From Cyanobacteria bacterium P01_A01_bin.123 (GTDB lineage Bacteria > Cyanobacteriota > Cyanobacteriia > Phormidesmidales > Phormidesmidaceae), in contig JBCBZT010000001.1 of assembly GCA_039815185.1 (NCBI GenBank), positions 128,001 through 192,000 on the forward strand: a stretch of DNA of 64,000 bases, written 5' to 3'. The notes under the pieces are model-generated. The model had not been told where the DNA came from. It made no database searches and saw only the letters and a list, made by a program, of their open reading frames with translations. Shown in pieces: positions 10,805 to 20,198 of this stretch (its first letter is position 1; each line of letters opens with the position of its first letter). A program made the position numbers and the translations under genes.

Positions 10805-10834
10805 ATAGTGAGGGGGCATATAAGAGAAACCGAG

Positions 10835-11260
10835 ATGGCTACTAAAGGCGGATGTTTATGCGGCAAGGTTCGTTACGAAGTCACTGGGCCACTCTTTGGT
10901 GCAGATCACTGCCATTGTTCTATGTGTAGACGTCAGCATGGTGCAGCATTTTCTACTTATGCGGAATTCAATCCAGGCGATTTTATATGGATCTCGGGAG
11001 AAGACCTTGTAAAAGTGTATGAAACGTTGCCAGGTGGCGGATGGTGCTTTTGTAGTGAGTGTGGCTCGACATTAGCAGGAACCGACAAAGGTAAGATCAC
11101 CACGATAACGCTCGGCACGGTTGAAGGAGATCCAGGTATAAAGCCAGAGTCACATATCTTCGTAGGTTCCAAGGCTCAATGGCATAATATATGTGATGAT
11201 CTCCCACAAGTCGAAGAACGGCCTCCAGACACCTGGGAACCACCGAGCAAAACCTCCTAA
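10835..11260 (+). CDS. GFA family (CENP-V/GFA) zinc-binding protein; cassette-like
   Basis: GGCLCG, CHCSMCRR, FCSECGS motifs; stop codon overlaps the TAAC of an attC-like site. Confidence 0.9.
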   Translation: MATKGGCLCGKVRYEVTGPLFGADHCHCSMCRRQHGAAFSTYAEFNPGDFIWISGEDLVKVYETLPGGGWCFCSECGSTLAGTDKGKITTITLGTVEGDPGIKPESHIFVGSKAQWHNICDDLPQVEERPPDTWEPPSKTS

Positions 11261-11328
11261 CAAGCGCATGCGGCCTGATAAACCACTCGCTACGCTCGCA
11301 GTTTGGCCACTAATGCGGAGCATTAGCG
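11254..11328 (+). other. attC-like integron recombination site (degenerate)
   Basis: CTCCTAAC..CGCAT..GGCC..AAAC-loop-GTTT.GGCC..ATGCG..ATTAGCG; imperfect palindrome of about 75 bp; R' reads ATT rather than GTT. Confidence 0.7.
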
Positions 11329-11343
11329 GCCTTTAGAAGATCA

Positions 11344-11697
11344 ATGACTCACCGACTTTTCGTTTACGGAACACTTGCCCCAGGTCGGCCCAATGAGCAC
11401 GTCCTAGCAGATGTTCCAGGAGAGTGGAAGCCAGCGACTGTCATTGGCACTTTACTTCAAGAAGGCTGGGGTGCAGCGGTTGGCTATCCAGGTATCATCT
11501 TGGATCAGCATGGTAGTGAAATCGAAGGTTTTCTCTTCAGCTCGGAGAGGTTGGCTAAGCACTGGACTCGCCTTGATGAGTTTGAGGGTGAAGGCTATGA
11601 GCGAGTCCTAACAACAGTGAAGCTTGAAGACGGGACAGCCGTGGATGCCTACATTTACCAACTCCGCCCTAGGCTTACAAGTTATGACCCCAGTTGA
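11344..11697 (+). CDS. Gamma-glutamylcyclotransferase (AIG2-like) family protein; cassette-like
   Basis: LFVYGTL, GYPG, LDEFEG..YER motifs. Confidence 0.9.
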   Translation: MTHRLFVYGTLAPGRPNEHVLADVPGEWKPATVIGTLLQEGWGAAVGYPGIILDQHGSEIEGFLFSSERLAKHWTRLDEFEGEGYERVLTTVKLEDGTAVDAYIYQLRPRLTSYDPS

Positions 11698-11825
11698 TTG
11701 AGTCGTCAAATTAGCGGGAAATTAAGGTGACGCATGAGTCGATTAACCCTTCGATTGCCAGAAACACTACACCAGCAATTAGCTAATTTGGCAGAAGGTG
11801 AAGGCGTTTACTTAAATCAATACCT

Positions 11826-12833
11826 TTAACCCAAATAAAAGTTGACCAGTAGAGTCAACACAAACGTCAACTGGGCCGCCAATGCAAATAGATAAAAGAT
11901 GGCGCGGGTGCGAAAGACGGTAAGCAACAGGCTGATGTTTTTCAGGTCAATCATCGGGCCAAACACCAAACACGCCAGTAGTGCGCCCCCGGTAAACGTC
12001 GAGGCAAAAGAAAGGGCGAAGAAGGCATCTACTGTTGAGCAAATCGAGACGACCCAGGCCAACACCATCATCGCAATGATGGACGTCACTGGCCCTTGGC
12101 CCAAACTCAACACAATTTCACGGGGGATGGCAACTTGTACTGTCGCCGCGATCGCGCTGCCAATCACTAAAATCGCCCCCAGCTCTCGAAACTCCTGCAC
12201 CATATTTTCCAGCATTAGCCCTAGCTTCGCCGTCCAGGGCTTGGTGCGAATATCATCGCTGACCAAATCCATCGCCGCTGGCGCATCAAGCTGGAGTCGC
12301 TCTCCACCAGCCTGCATCAAAAACGTTCCCGATTGCAGCAGCGCGGGCGTTTCATCATCAACGGACTTGGGCTTGGGCATCAGTCGCGTCACCGCAGGTT
12401 GCAGCAGTGGGCGCATATCTGGTTGGGCGCTAAACACCCAACCGATGATTGTTGCTACTAGCAGCGACAGCACTACCCGTAGCACCACAATCTCTGGCTG
12501 GTCGCGGAAGGCCGTCCAGGTTGCCCAAATTACAATTGGGTTAATCGTCGGTGCTGCTAACAAAAAACCAATTGCCACCGACGCGGGTGCACCTTGAGTC
12601 ATCAGTCGCCGCGCCACTGGCACGTTGCCACACTCACAGACGGGAAACAAAAAACCAACCAAGCTGCCTGCCAGTGCTCCCCCCAAAGGATTGCGCGGCA
12701 TTGCCGCTACCAGTTTGCGTTCGTCCACAAACAGCAGTAGCACACTGGAGAAGGTCACTCCTAGCAGCAAGAACGGCATGGCTTCTACCAGCAGGCTCAG
12801 AAATAGCGTGAAGGCATTATTTAACTGATTCAT
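11826..12833 (-). CDS. Permease, DUF318/UPF0718 family
   Basis: EAMPFLLLG, PVCECG, ICSTVDAF, FGPMID; multiple TM segments. Confidence 0.9.
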   Translation of the reverse strand: MNQLNNAFTLFLSLLVEAMPFLLLGVTFSSVLLLFVDERKLVAAMPRNPLGGALAGSLVGFLFPVCECGNVPVARRLMTQGAPASVAIGFLLAAPTINPIVIWATWTAFRDQPEIVVLRVVLSLLVATIIGWVFSAQPDMRPLLQPAVTRLMPKPKSVDDETPALLQSGTFLMQAGGERLQLDAPAAMDLVSDDIRTKPWTAKLGLMLENMVQEFRELGAILVIGSAIAATVQVAIPREIVLSLGQGPVTSIIAMMVLAWVVSICSTVDAFFALSFASTFTGGALLACLVFGPMIDLKNISLLLTVFRTRAIFYLFALAAQLTFVLTLLVNFYLG

Positions 12834-13000
12834 GGGCCTAAACCAACGGTCTTGCTATTCTACTGGAATCATAGGAAACCGTGGGCGATCGCTGGGATCG
12901 TGTTAATTCAAGCATTAGTAGCAAGCACCTTGATGAATGGGGTCACTGGCCACGTCTTACCAGCCGACACTTGCCCATCGCTAATTTCCACCCTACAGAC

Positions 13001-13684
13001 TTACCACAATCGAACCTGGGTGACGCTAATCTGCCCCGAAAAGCAGACATCGACATCTGCACCAGGATCTCGCAAACGATCGCCGTATTGGCCCACATAG
13101 CGAAATTCACCATTCTCGATGGCAAACTGAGTGGGCAACGGTTGGGTGCAGGCATCGCAAAATACGATATCGGGTTCCGACCTATCTGGATTCGCCCAGG
13201 GCAAATTGACATTCCAGAAAGTGCCCTCTGGCTGGGGTAAAGTAATTAGCTTGTCAATGACTTGCGCCGCAAGTTGAATTGACCGAGACCAATCAATCGG
13301 TCGCCGCTGATAAATATATTGAGAAATAGCGATTCCCGGTATCCGCAAAAGGGCCGCTTCGCGGACGGCTGCCACGGTCCCCGAAACATAGATATCGGCC
13401 CCTAAATTACCTCCCGCATTAATTCCGGAGAGGACAAATGTTGCCTTTGAGCACAAATGACTCAGCGCCACTCGTGTACAGTCTGCCGGCGTGCCGCCAA
13501 TGGCGTAGTGTCCTTCTTGCTTGGGTTTAATCGGAATCGGCCCGCCTCGATTGATTTGGTGGCTACAGCCAGAGAGGGGTTGGTCGGGGGCGACGGTCAT
13601 GCTGGGGCGATCGCCAATTGCTTGTCTTAAAGCCGCAATCCCAGGTGCGTCGATGCTATCGTCGTTAGTCAATACAAAAGTCAT
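13001..13684 (-). CDS. surE: 5'/3'-nucleotidase SurE family
   Basis: LTNDDS, GTPADC, SGINAGGN, SGTVAA. Confidence 0.9.
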   Translation of the reverse strand: MTFVLTNDDSIDAPGIAALRQAIGDRPSMTVAPDQPLSGCSHQINRGGPIPIKPKQEGHYAIGGTPADCTRVALSHLCSKATFVLSGINAGGNLGADIYVSGTVAAVREAALLRIPGIAISQYIYQRRPIDWSRSIQLAAQVIDKLITLPQPEGTFWNVNLPWANPDRSEPDIVFCDACTQPLPTQFAIENGEFRYVGQYGDRLRDPGADVDVCFSGQISVTQVRLW

Positions 13685-13768
13685 GGGTTTGGGTCGATTG
13701 GGGGTAGAAGCTGGGGAAAGATGCGTTGGCCCGCGGGAACACATCGAAGTGGGGTCAATAGATTAGAT

Positions 13769-15067
13769 TTAAACCGACTTTTGCCTAAACCGTTCCTTTG
13801 CTGCCAAAAACGCATCTTTCATCACCCGCTGAATCTTCTCTGGATCTGGGGTTTTGCCGCCCATTAAATCGCCAAAATAGGCGCAGGCGGCTTCCCCCAG
13901 AGCCCAGGTGTAGGCCGCCGCCCAGGAGGCCGCAACCACGCTGCCTAATCCAGGCACAAACTTAATCAGTTCTCGCCCCACTGCCTGGGCAAAAAATCCG
14001 CCCGCGATCGCGCTTACAACCCCACCCGCCTGCGACGGAGACAGGGTTTGACCATAGAGATTTCCCAAAACCCCCACCATCGAAACTTGCAGGGCAGTAA
14101 GCATGGGCATGGTGGCAAACGGTAAAGGAACTGCGGCCAAGGCAGTCGCCGCGATCGCAAAGGCCAAGATATAGCGTCGTCCTACATCACGGTAAAGATT
14201 GCCAATGGTTTTTCCGGCAGCATCTTGTTCTAAAAGTTCATAGATCGCTTGGGCTTCAGCCTTAGGGAGCATCTCAGCTAGGGCATCTCTCAGAGCTTCA
14301 AGCCCATAAAACGTCGGAGTGTAACCGTCTTCTTCTAGGGTGAAGTCGATCAGAATAGCTTGATCGCAGCAGTCAGAAAACGTCTTTTGCAGGGCTTCAA
14401 AGGGACGCTGAATCTCCGCGATCGCAGGTGGATAAGCTGGATGATCGTTAACGGCTGAGGGATACAGTTCATGCACACAGGTCACCGCCAACAAACAGGG
14501 TACTTGGGGTAACTGCTGGCGAATCTGTGCCACCAACTGCTTCAAAAAGTCAGTGGCGAAGTCATTAATTTTGACGGTCAAAATCAGCACTCGTCCTTGC
14601 CGACTAGACCGCTTCAAGTCTGCCACCAGTTCATTGACCAGGGTTTCAGCATTTTGGGTGATGTCGCCTAAGCCCACCGTATCGGTAAAAATCAGCAAGG
14701 GCAGATCGTCCGAAGGGTAGGCGTAGCGCTCAGTATTTTGGGTATGGGGTCGAAAGCCTTGACCCACGATATCGGCAGAAACCCCGGTTAAGCCGCACAC
14801 GATGGAACTTTTGCCCGCCTGGGGTTTACCGATGAGTAGCGCTTCGGTGGTGGGCAATTCTGAACGCACCTGGGCCAAAATTTCAGCCACTTGAGCTTCA
14901 CTCACGTTAAACCATTGGCTCACAGTTTGAGCGGTTTGGTTTACGGGCAGTAGCTGCTGCAACCGATCGGTTGCCTGACGCCAAAGGGCATTGACGGGTG
15001 CCGCAAATCGTTGCAGCTTGTTGCGTTTGGGAACTAATTTAGCTGACTCATCTTCTGGTGGACGCAT
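13769..15067 (-). CDS. Era-like GTPase domain plus DUF697/YcjF-family membrane domain
   Basis: GKPQAGKSS P-loop, DTVG, C-terminal PLPFA / KFVPG hydrophobic region. Confidence 0.8.
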   Translation of the reverse strand: MRPPEDESAKLVPKRNKLQRFAAPVNALWRQATDRLQQLLPVNQTAQTVSQWFNVSEAQVAEILAQVRSELPTTEALLIGKPQAGKSSIVCGLTGVSADIVGQGFRPHTQNTERYAYPSDDLPLLIFTDTVGLGDITQNAETLVNELVADLKRSSRQGRVLILTVKINDFATDFLKQLVAQIRQQLPQVPCLLAVTCVHELYPSAVNDHPAYPPAIAEIQRPFEALQKTFSDCCDQAILIDFTLEEDGYTPTFYGLEALRDALAEMLPKAEAQAIYELLEQDAAGKTIGNLYRDVGRRYILAFAIAATALAAVPLPFATMPMLTALQVSMVGVLGNLYGQTLSPSQAGGVVSAIAGGFFAQAVGRELIKFVPGLGSVVAASWAAAYTWALGEAACAYFGDLMGGKTPDPEKIQRVMKDAFLAAKERFRQKSV

Positions 15068-15252
15068 AGCCGATCGGGCAATAACACTCGGTTCCGCTAT
15101 TATTTTGAAGGGTTTGCGCCTGCAGATAGGTTCGGTCGCACGATCGGTATCCCCCCAATCAAACTGTCTTGGGGCTTCCGGACAGAGATGCTCTTTGCTC
15201 TAATAATGACATAGCCAATATTGATGCACCCGTGGAGCACTGTATAGACCCT

Positions 15253-15702
15253 ATGGCCTATTCCGATGACTGGATTTCAATGCTAGATGACGCTGCGATC
15301 GCGGCGTTGGGGGCCTCCCTGCGCCGCATTGACCCCCGCTTCATGAAATCTAGCCAGCGCCACCCTGGTGCAACGCGCACTTGGTTTCAGGGCAAAGAAC
15401 CTTATTTTGACCTGGTATTTGAAACCGAAGCTGATGACATCATTTGGTTTCAGATCACGCTGCGCGGCAAGTCGCTGTCTTGGAATCAAGATCAACCCAC
15501 ACTGCTCCAAGCTGGGGAAACCAATGAGTTAGACGTACCCACTGAGGTCAATTATTACTCAGCTAGCAAAACTATTGAAGGAACGTCTGACATCAATCGC
15601 GAGTTTCTTGGCTTGGTGATTGCGCTACTCAAAACTCACCCAGAAGACCCACTGTTTGCGCAGATGGGTACAAAGCTCAAAGCGCTGGAGAGTCAATATT
15701 AA
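15253..15702 (+). CDS. Hypothetical protein
   Basis: ORF (LGASLRRI, WFQG.EPYFD, WFQITLRG) with core-like composition. Confidence 0.7.
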   Translation: MAYSDDWISMLDDAAIAALGASLRRIDPRFMKSSQRHPGATRTWFQGKEPYFDLVFETEADDIIWFQITLRGKSLSWNQDQPTLLQAGETNELDVPTEVNYYSASKTIEGTSDINREFLGLVIALLKTHPEDPLFAQMGTKLKALESQY

Positions 15703-15708
15703 TTTGCC

Positions 15709-16158
15709 CTAAGCACAGCAAGTATTTTGAGCTTGAACCGGCATATCAATGCCAGTGGCATCGAGATTTTTTTCAGGTGCAGTGTCTGCAACTTTAACCA
15801 CGAAAATTTCCCAACGGTTACCGTCGGGATCACTTACCCAAACCTTGTCTTGCAGCGCGTAGCAGCAATCCGTATCGTACTCTTCAACAGGGTTAAGTCC
15901 GGCAGCCTTAAAGCGGGCGATCGCGGCCTGAACGGCTGTCGTACTGTCCACCTGAATCCCCAGATGGGACAGTGCACCCCTTGGCGCAATCGTGTTGCTA
16001 ACATTCAGGGCCAGATTTAACCCTGGATTCTCAATGTCGAATTTGGCGTAGTCGGCCTTGTGCTTCACTGGCTCAGTGGCAAACATGACTCGATAAAACG
16101 CGATCGCACGACTCAAATCAGTGACGCGTAGGGCAACGTGGGTTTTGAAGGAAGTCAT
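15709..16158 (-). CDS. ArsI/CadI-family VOC metalloenzyme
   Basis: HVAL.V.DL, YAKF, HLGIQV, CCYALQDKVWV.DPDGNRWE, C-terminal CC. Confidence 0.9.
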   Translation of the reverse strand: MTSFKTHVALRVTDLSRAIAFYRVMFATEPVKHKADYAKFDIENPGLNLALNVSNTIAPRGALSHLGIQVDSTTAVQAAIARFKAAGLNPVEEYDTDCCYALQDKVWVSDPDGNRWEIFVVKVADTAPEKNLDATGIDMPVQAQNTCCA

Positions 16159-16341
16159 GGGACATTCTCCTGCATTTCTGCAAATATCGAATTAACAGGC
16201 AAAATCAAACACAGCAATCCGACAGCATTCAAGCAACTTGCTGATTGGATCAACGGTTGCAAGACATCTTTTATTTCTATATTTCCACAATATTAAAAAT
16301 AAATTCAATCGTCAAGCTTGAAAAAGAGAAATACGCCCAGC

Positions 16342-16446
16342 TATAGCGTTAGCCACAAAGCTTTGTGCGCTACCGCGAGCCAGATTGCTTGTGGACTCAG
16401 CATCCTGACGATACTCGGGGCATTAAACAATCTGGCCAGCGCTATA
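16342..16446 (+). repeat. 105-bp MITE/REP-like element, copy 1
   Basis: TATAGC...GCTATA ends and two internal hairpins; about 91% identical to the reverse complement of 37515-37619. Confidence 0.85.
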
Positions 16447-16522
16447 AATCCATAACCTGCTCAAGTCGGTTGGAAAGCTTAGCGTGGGCGTTAACAGGTT
16501 AGACTCTCTGTTTTCAAGTTGC

Positions 16523-19327
16523 CTAAGCTTGCAGCTTGATGAACTTAGCTTCTGAAGGCACACCGTTTTGATTCACCAAGAACAGCATGTAGTAACCCGG
16601 TGGGGCGATATTGCCATTCGGTGGTGCTTTGAACAGCAACTCATTAGTAGCCGACTCGCTGATGCGCTCAAGCCCGACCCACCGCTGCTGCATATTGAAT
16701 GAGTGGGTCGCCGCGCCCGGTGCCATGAAACAAGCGGAAGCGATCGAAGCCGCATCCGGTGTGATCACACTGAACAGATCGCCATATCTGACCAGATTAG
16801 TCACCGACGCGATCGCCGGTCTTGGCCCTTTGAATAAGTAAGGCGGCTTAAACACCTCCACACGATTCTCAGCATGGTCAAATGGTGCAATGTTGTAGAA
16901 CTTATCCGTGCCTGAGGTCATTACTTCACCGCTGGGCAACAAAACCGCTGCTGCATGATACAGCCGAGGCACATGCATCGATGCTAACTGTGTCCACTGG
17001 TTTGTCTTGGGATTGTAGATTTCTGCTTCCATTACGGGGGTTCTGGCGACATCGGCAGTGCCCGTGCTGCTACCCCCGCAGACAAATACTGTGCCATCCG
17101 GCAACAGCACCGCATCGGGTAGCACCCGTGGGTTAGCCATGGGGGCTGTCAACTTCCATCCAGCGCCTAAAGCTTCCAGATCTAGAACTTCGCATTGATT
17201 AGTCGTGGGCCAGTCATCTCTGAACCCATCAGAACAACTCGTTTGAATCGGATTGCCATCGGGGGTGATTGGCGTCCCCTGACCGCAATTGGCATTGCTT
17301 GATGGCGTAAAGGAACAAGACACTCCGCCCCCAATAATCATGACGCGAGCTTGATAATTTGTCTCCGGCAAGAGCGGCAAGAGCACAGCCGAGCCTTCTG
17401 ACGGATAGGTGCGTGAAGTTTTAATCTGAGTCTTGGCAGGTAGGGCTTCAACGGTGTTTGTCGCCACGTCTAGAAAATAGGTACGGGTATTGCCGTGAAT
17501 TAACAACCGACCATCGGGTAACACAAACACGAATGGATACAGCCCATAGAGCCCTAAGCTATCTTGACAGTCCTCAAAGAGTTCAGGAATCGGTATCGCA
17601 GGGCCTTTAGTCGTTCCGTCAAAAATCTCATAGGACTTATTCACCTGCCTAGGAATTCCCGTTCCAGAAATAAAATCCTGCGAGCAGGTGGACTGCTGAA
17701 GCGTGGTGAAGACCTGAGCCGTCCCCGCCAGAATAAACACTCGTCCATCGGGCAAGGTCGTACAGGTGGGATACCAACGGATGCCACCACTCATATCGCC
17801 AAAGTCGCTCCAAGTGCCGCCCTGTCCATTGGGGGTAAAGGTATGCAGCGACTTTGCACTGGTTTCGCCCACATTGCCTGAAGCCATTACCAATCGTCCA
17901 TCTGGCAGAAACGCATGACCACAGCAAAATTTGTTGCGCTGGGGATTAGGCAGGGCACTCACCTGCTGGCGAGTCTTGGGGTCTAGGATAGAGACCGCAC
18001 TGTTTTCGTTCTCGAAGAAATCTTCATACCCCAGCAGCAGCACCTTACCCGTGTGCAGCACCGCCGCATGGATCCCCACAGTGCCAAACTCTAAGGAGTA
18101 TGGCACCTGCCACTGCCCCTGGGTAGCAAAATTCCCCTCTGTTTCCTCAAATCCCCCCCCAGCTTGCCAAGCTAAATTGCCGATATCCGCGAAAAAATGC
18201 TTGAACTGGTTTTGGGGCTCAGCGACGCGTGCCAGTAACTCCAGGCCACCCGCCCCAAAAACGTTTTGCAGCAGTGAGACCGCCTCAACTTGTCCCAAGG
18301 ACTCACCAAACTGACTTTCCAGCGTCCAGGAGGCATCGAGGTTATTCTGGCGACGCAGGTGAACCATGCCGCCAGTCGCCAGCGGTGCTATCAGGTGAAA
18401 ATCCCGATCTTGCGTTTGAATCAAGCCGGGAACGCCATCCACCGCTAAGCTAACGTCTAACCCGTCTGTAATTGCCTGGGGAATCAGATTCCAGGTATAG
18501 GGAGGCTGGGATTCTCGCCAAAGCGAAAATAGCTTGTTGCCCACTCTCGCAATCACTTCAAAATGACCATTACTTTCCCCTGGGTTGATGTAATCACTCT
18601 GGAGCATCGCGACGGCATCAACTTGCCCCAAATTTTGACCAAAGCGATTGGGGGATGACCAAGGCACATCTGGTGCATCATTCAACCGGACATAATGCAC
18701 CAGCCCATCTTGGGCATGGGGCGCGACCACTTCAAAATGGCCTTTGGTGCCAAAATCTCCCTGCACTAAAGCGGGGTTGCCCATGTGGGGTTCATTAGAG
18801 GGAATGTAGAGTGGCCCCGTCCACAGTAAGGGGGCGGCACTGGCTCGCCAGTAGAGGGCCAAACGGTCTCCATGTCTGACCACCAATTCTAAATGACCGT
18901 TCTTAGCGCCAAAATCTGTAAAGTTGCTTTGAATCAAAGCCACATCAGATGCTTCCCCGGCCCCAAAGAAACTGCCATGCAGACTATTTTGCATTGGGCC
19001 TGATGGACTACAGGTAAATAAATATTCGGGGGGCAAAGGGCCAATCCAAGGAAACTGGGGCTGAGCGTTATCCCGATAGACCTGGGCTAAGCCTTCAACT
19101 CGACTCGGAAAGACCGCTTCAAAGTTATTGCCGAAATTACCATAGTCGCTTTGCACCACAAACCCACTGTGCCGACCGATCGCCACAGGACTTGGGGTTT
19201 GAGCGATTAGGAGAGTGGCATCAGATAACAAAGATGGGTTTTCGGCTCGGGCAGTTGCACTGCCACTCAAACTTCCTACCCCCAGACCTGTCCCTAGTAT
19301 TAAAAATTCCCGGCGACTGATTGACAC
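16523..19327 (-). CDS. Tat-exported copper radical oxidase (galactose/glyoxal oxidase, AA5-like) with N-terminal repeat domain
   Basis: SRREFL Tat motif; FCCGH, RWYPT, RLYHA, ATHSF ligand motifs; C-terminal PPGYYMLF (DUF1929). Confidence 0.9.
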   Translation of the reverse strand: MSISRREFLILGTGLGVGSLSGSATARAENPSLLSDATLLIAQTPSPVAIGRHSGFVVQSDYGNFGNNFEAVFPSRVEGLAQVYRDNAQPQFPWIGPLPPEYLFTCSPSGPMQNSLHGSFFGAGEASDVALIQSNFTDFGAKNGHLELVVRHGDRLALYWRASAAPLLWTGPLYIPSNEPHMGNPALVQGDFGTKGHFEVVAPHAQDGLVHYVRLNDAPDVPWSSPNRFGQNLGQVDAVAMLQSDYINPGESNGHFEVIARVGNKLFSLWRESQPPYTWNLIPQAITDGLDVSLAVDGVPGLIQTQDRDFHLIAPLATGGMVHLRRQNNLDASWTLESQFGESLGQVEAVSLLQNVFGAGGLELLARVAEPQNQFKHFFADIGNLAWQAGGGFEETEGNFATQGQWQVPYSLEFGTVGIHAAVLHTGKVLLLGYEDFFENENSAVSILDPKTRQQVSALPNPQRNKFCCGHAFLPDGRLVMASGNVGETSAKSLHTFTPNGQGGTWSDFGDMSGGIRWYPTCTTLPDGRVFILAGTAQVFTTLQQSTCSQDFISGTGIPRQVNKSYEIFDGTTKGPAIPIPELFEDCQDSLGLYGLYPFVFVLPDGRLLIHGNTRTYFLDVATNTVEALPAKTQIKTSRTYPSEGSAVLLPLLPETNYQARVMIIGGGVSCSFTPSSNANCGQGTPITPDGNPIQTSCSDGFRDDWPTTNQCEVLDLEALGAGWKLTAPMANPRVLPDAVLLPDGTVFVCGGSSTGTADVARTPVMEAEIYNPKTNQWTQLASMHVPRLYHAAAVLLPSGEVMTSGTDKFYNIAPFDHAENRVEVFKPPYLFKGPRPAIASVTNLVRYGDLFSVITPDAASIASACFMAPGAATHSFNMQQRWVGLERISESATNELLFKAPPNGNIAPPGYYMLFLVNQNGVPSEAKFIKLQA

Positions 19328-19642
19328 AAAAATCCTCCTGACTGGCAGTTTTCTGCATGGCTTAACAGAATTGAAACCCTGCGCTTAGTCAAATTCACGC
19401 AGATCATGTATAAATCAATGATCTGTAAATTAACTTAGACTTTTTGACAGTTCAGTCGAGGATATTTGTAGTCTAAGATACTCAATAGTACGTCGCAAGA
19501 GATGACTGTAAATCAATTAAAATAAATGTGCTCTCTTGCGTTCTCTCAACTTCATTTCCAGTGGGTATCCGTCACATTTTATGATCAAGAGAAACACAAC
19601 TGCTTTGCTGGGGAAACACCCGTGAGGTTTTCAGCCAAAGAC

Positions 19643-19936
19643 ATGACATTCATTGCCGGACTATTGATCATTGCCAGTTTACTGTTGGGGATAAATCCTG
19701 CGATCGCAGCGCCCATTTGCCGGACTACTGCCCATCACAACATTTGCATTATGTCGATTAAGCGCAGTGCCAAATATCACTGGCAATATCGGGCTGCTGT
19801 CAAAATTGACGCCGAAATACGGCCCGTAGAACGCTACAACTGTCGCCGCCAAGAGCGCACTCGCCAAGATGGCAAAACTGTGCCCTTTGAACCTGACGGG
19901 GCTGGCGAATTAATCTGTACTTTGCTAAGGCGCTAA
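19643..19936 (+). CDS. Small secreted hypothetical protein
   Basis: Signal peptide, four Cys, IKRSAKY.WQYRA; start uncertain. Confidence 0.65.
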   Translation: MTFIAGLLIIASLLLGINPAIAAPICRTTAHHNICIMSIKRSAKYHWQYRAAVKIDAEIRPVERYNCRRQERTRQDGKTVPFEPDGAGELICTLLRR

Positions 19937-20000
19937 GACAATGCAGATGCACCCAAAGCTTTATCTGTTACTTTCTAGCAGATTGAAAGTAGCTAATGAC

Positions 20001-20156
20001 CTGGTTGACCGACAAAAGTTATCCGCCCTCACCCCCCAACCCCTCTCCCAGGGGGCGAGGGGAGCTAATTCACTTTTCCGGTTCCCTCTCCCCTCGGGAG
20101 AGGGCTAGGGAGAGGGCTTTTTAAGAGTCTGTTTACAAGTTTTGTCAGTCAATCAG
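20001..20156. mobile_element. 156-bp MITE with target-site duplication and internal REP-like palindrome
   Basis: TIRs ctggttgaccgacaaaagtt / aagttttgtcagtcaatcag (17/20); gctaatgac duplicated at 19992-20000 and 20157-20165. Confidence 0.85.
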
Positions 20157-20198
20157 GCTAATGACTGTAGCGACTTTGAAGACCAAACCAGAAGTGAC

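Noticed and set aside
10059..10808. Single 249-aa ORF as an active fused IS1 transposase
   Set aside because: The fusion results from an insertion that removes a conserved Asp, and the C-terminus is frameshifted
11899..12597. 232-aa plus-strand ORF
   Set aside because: Antisense shadow of the permease gene
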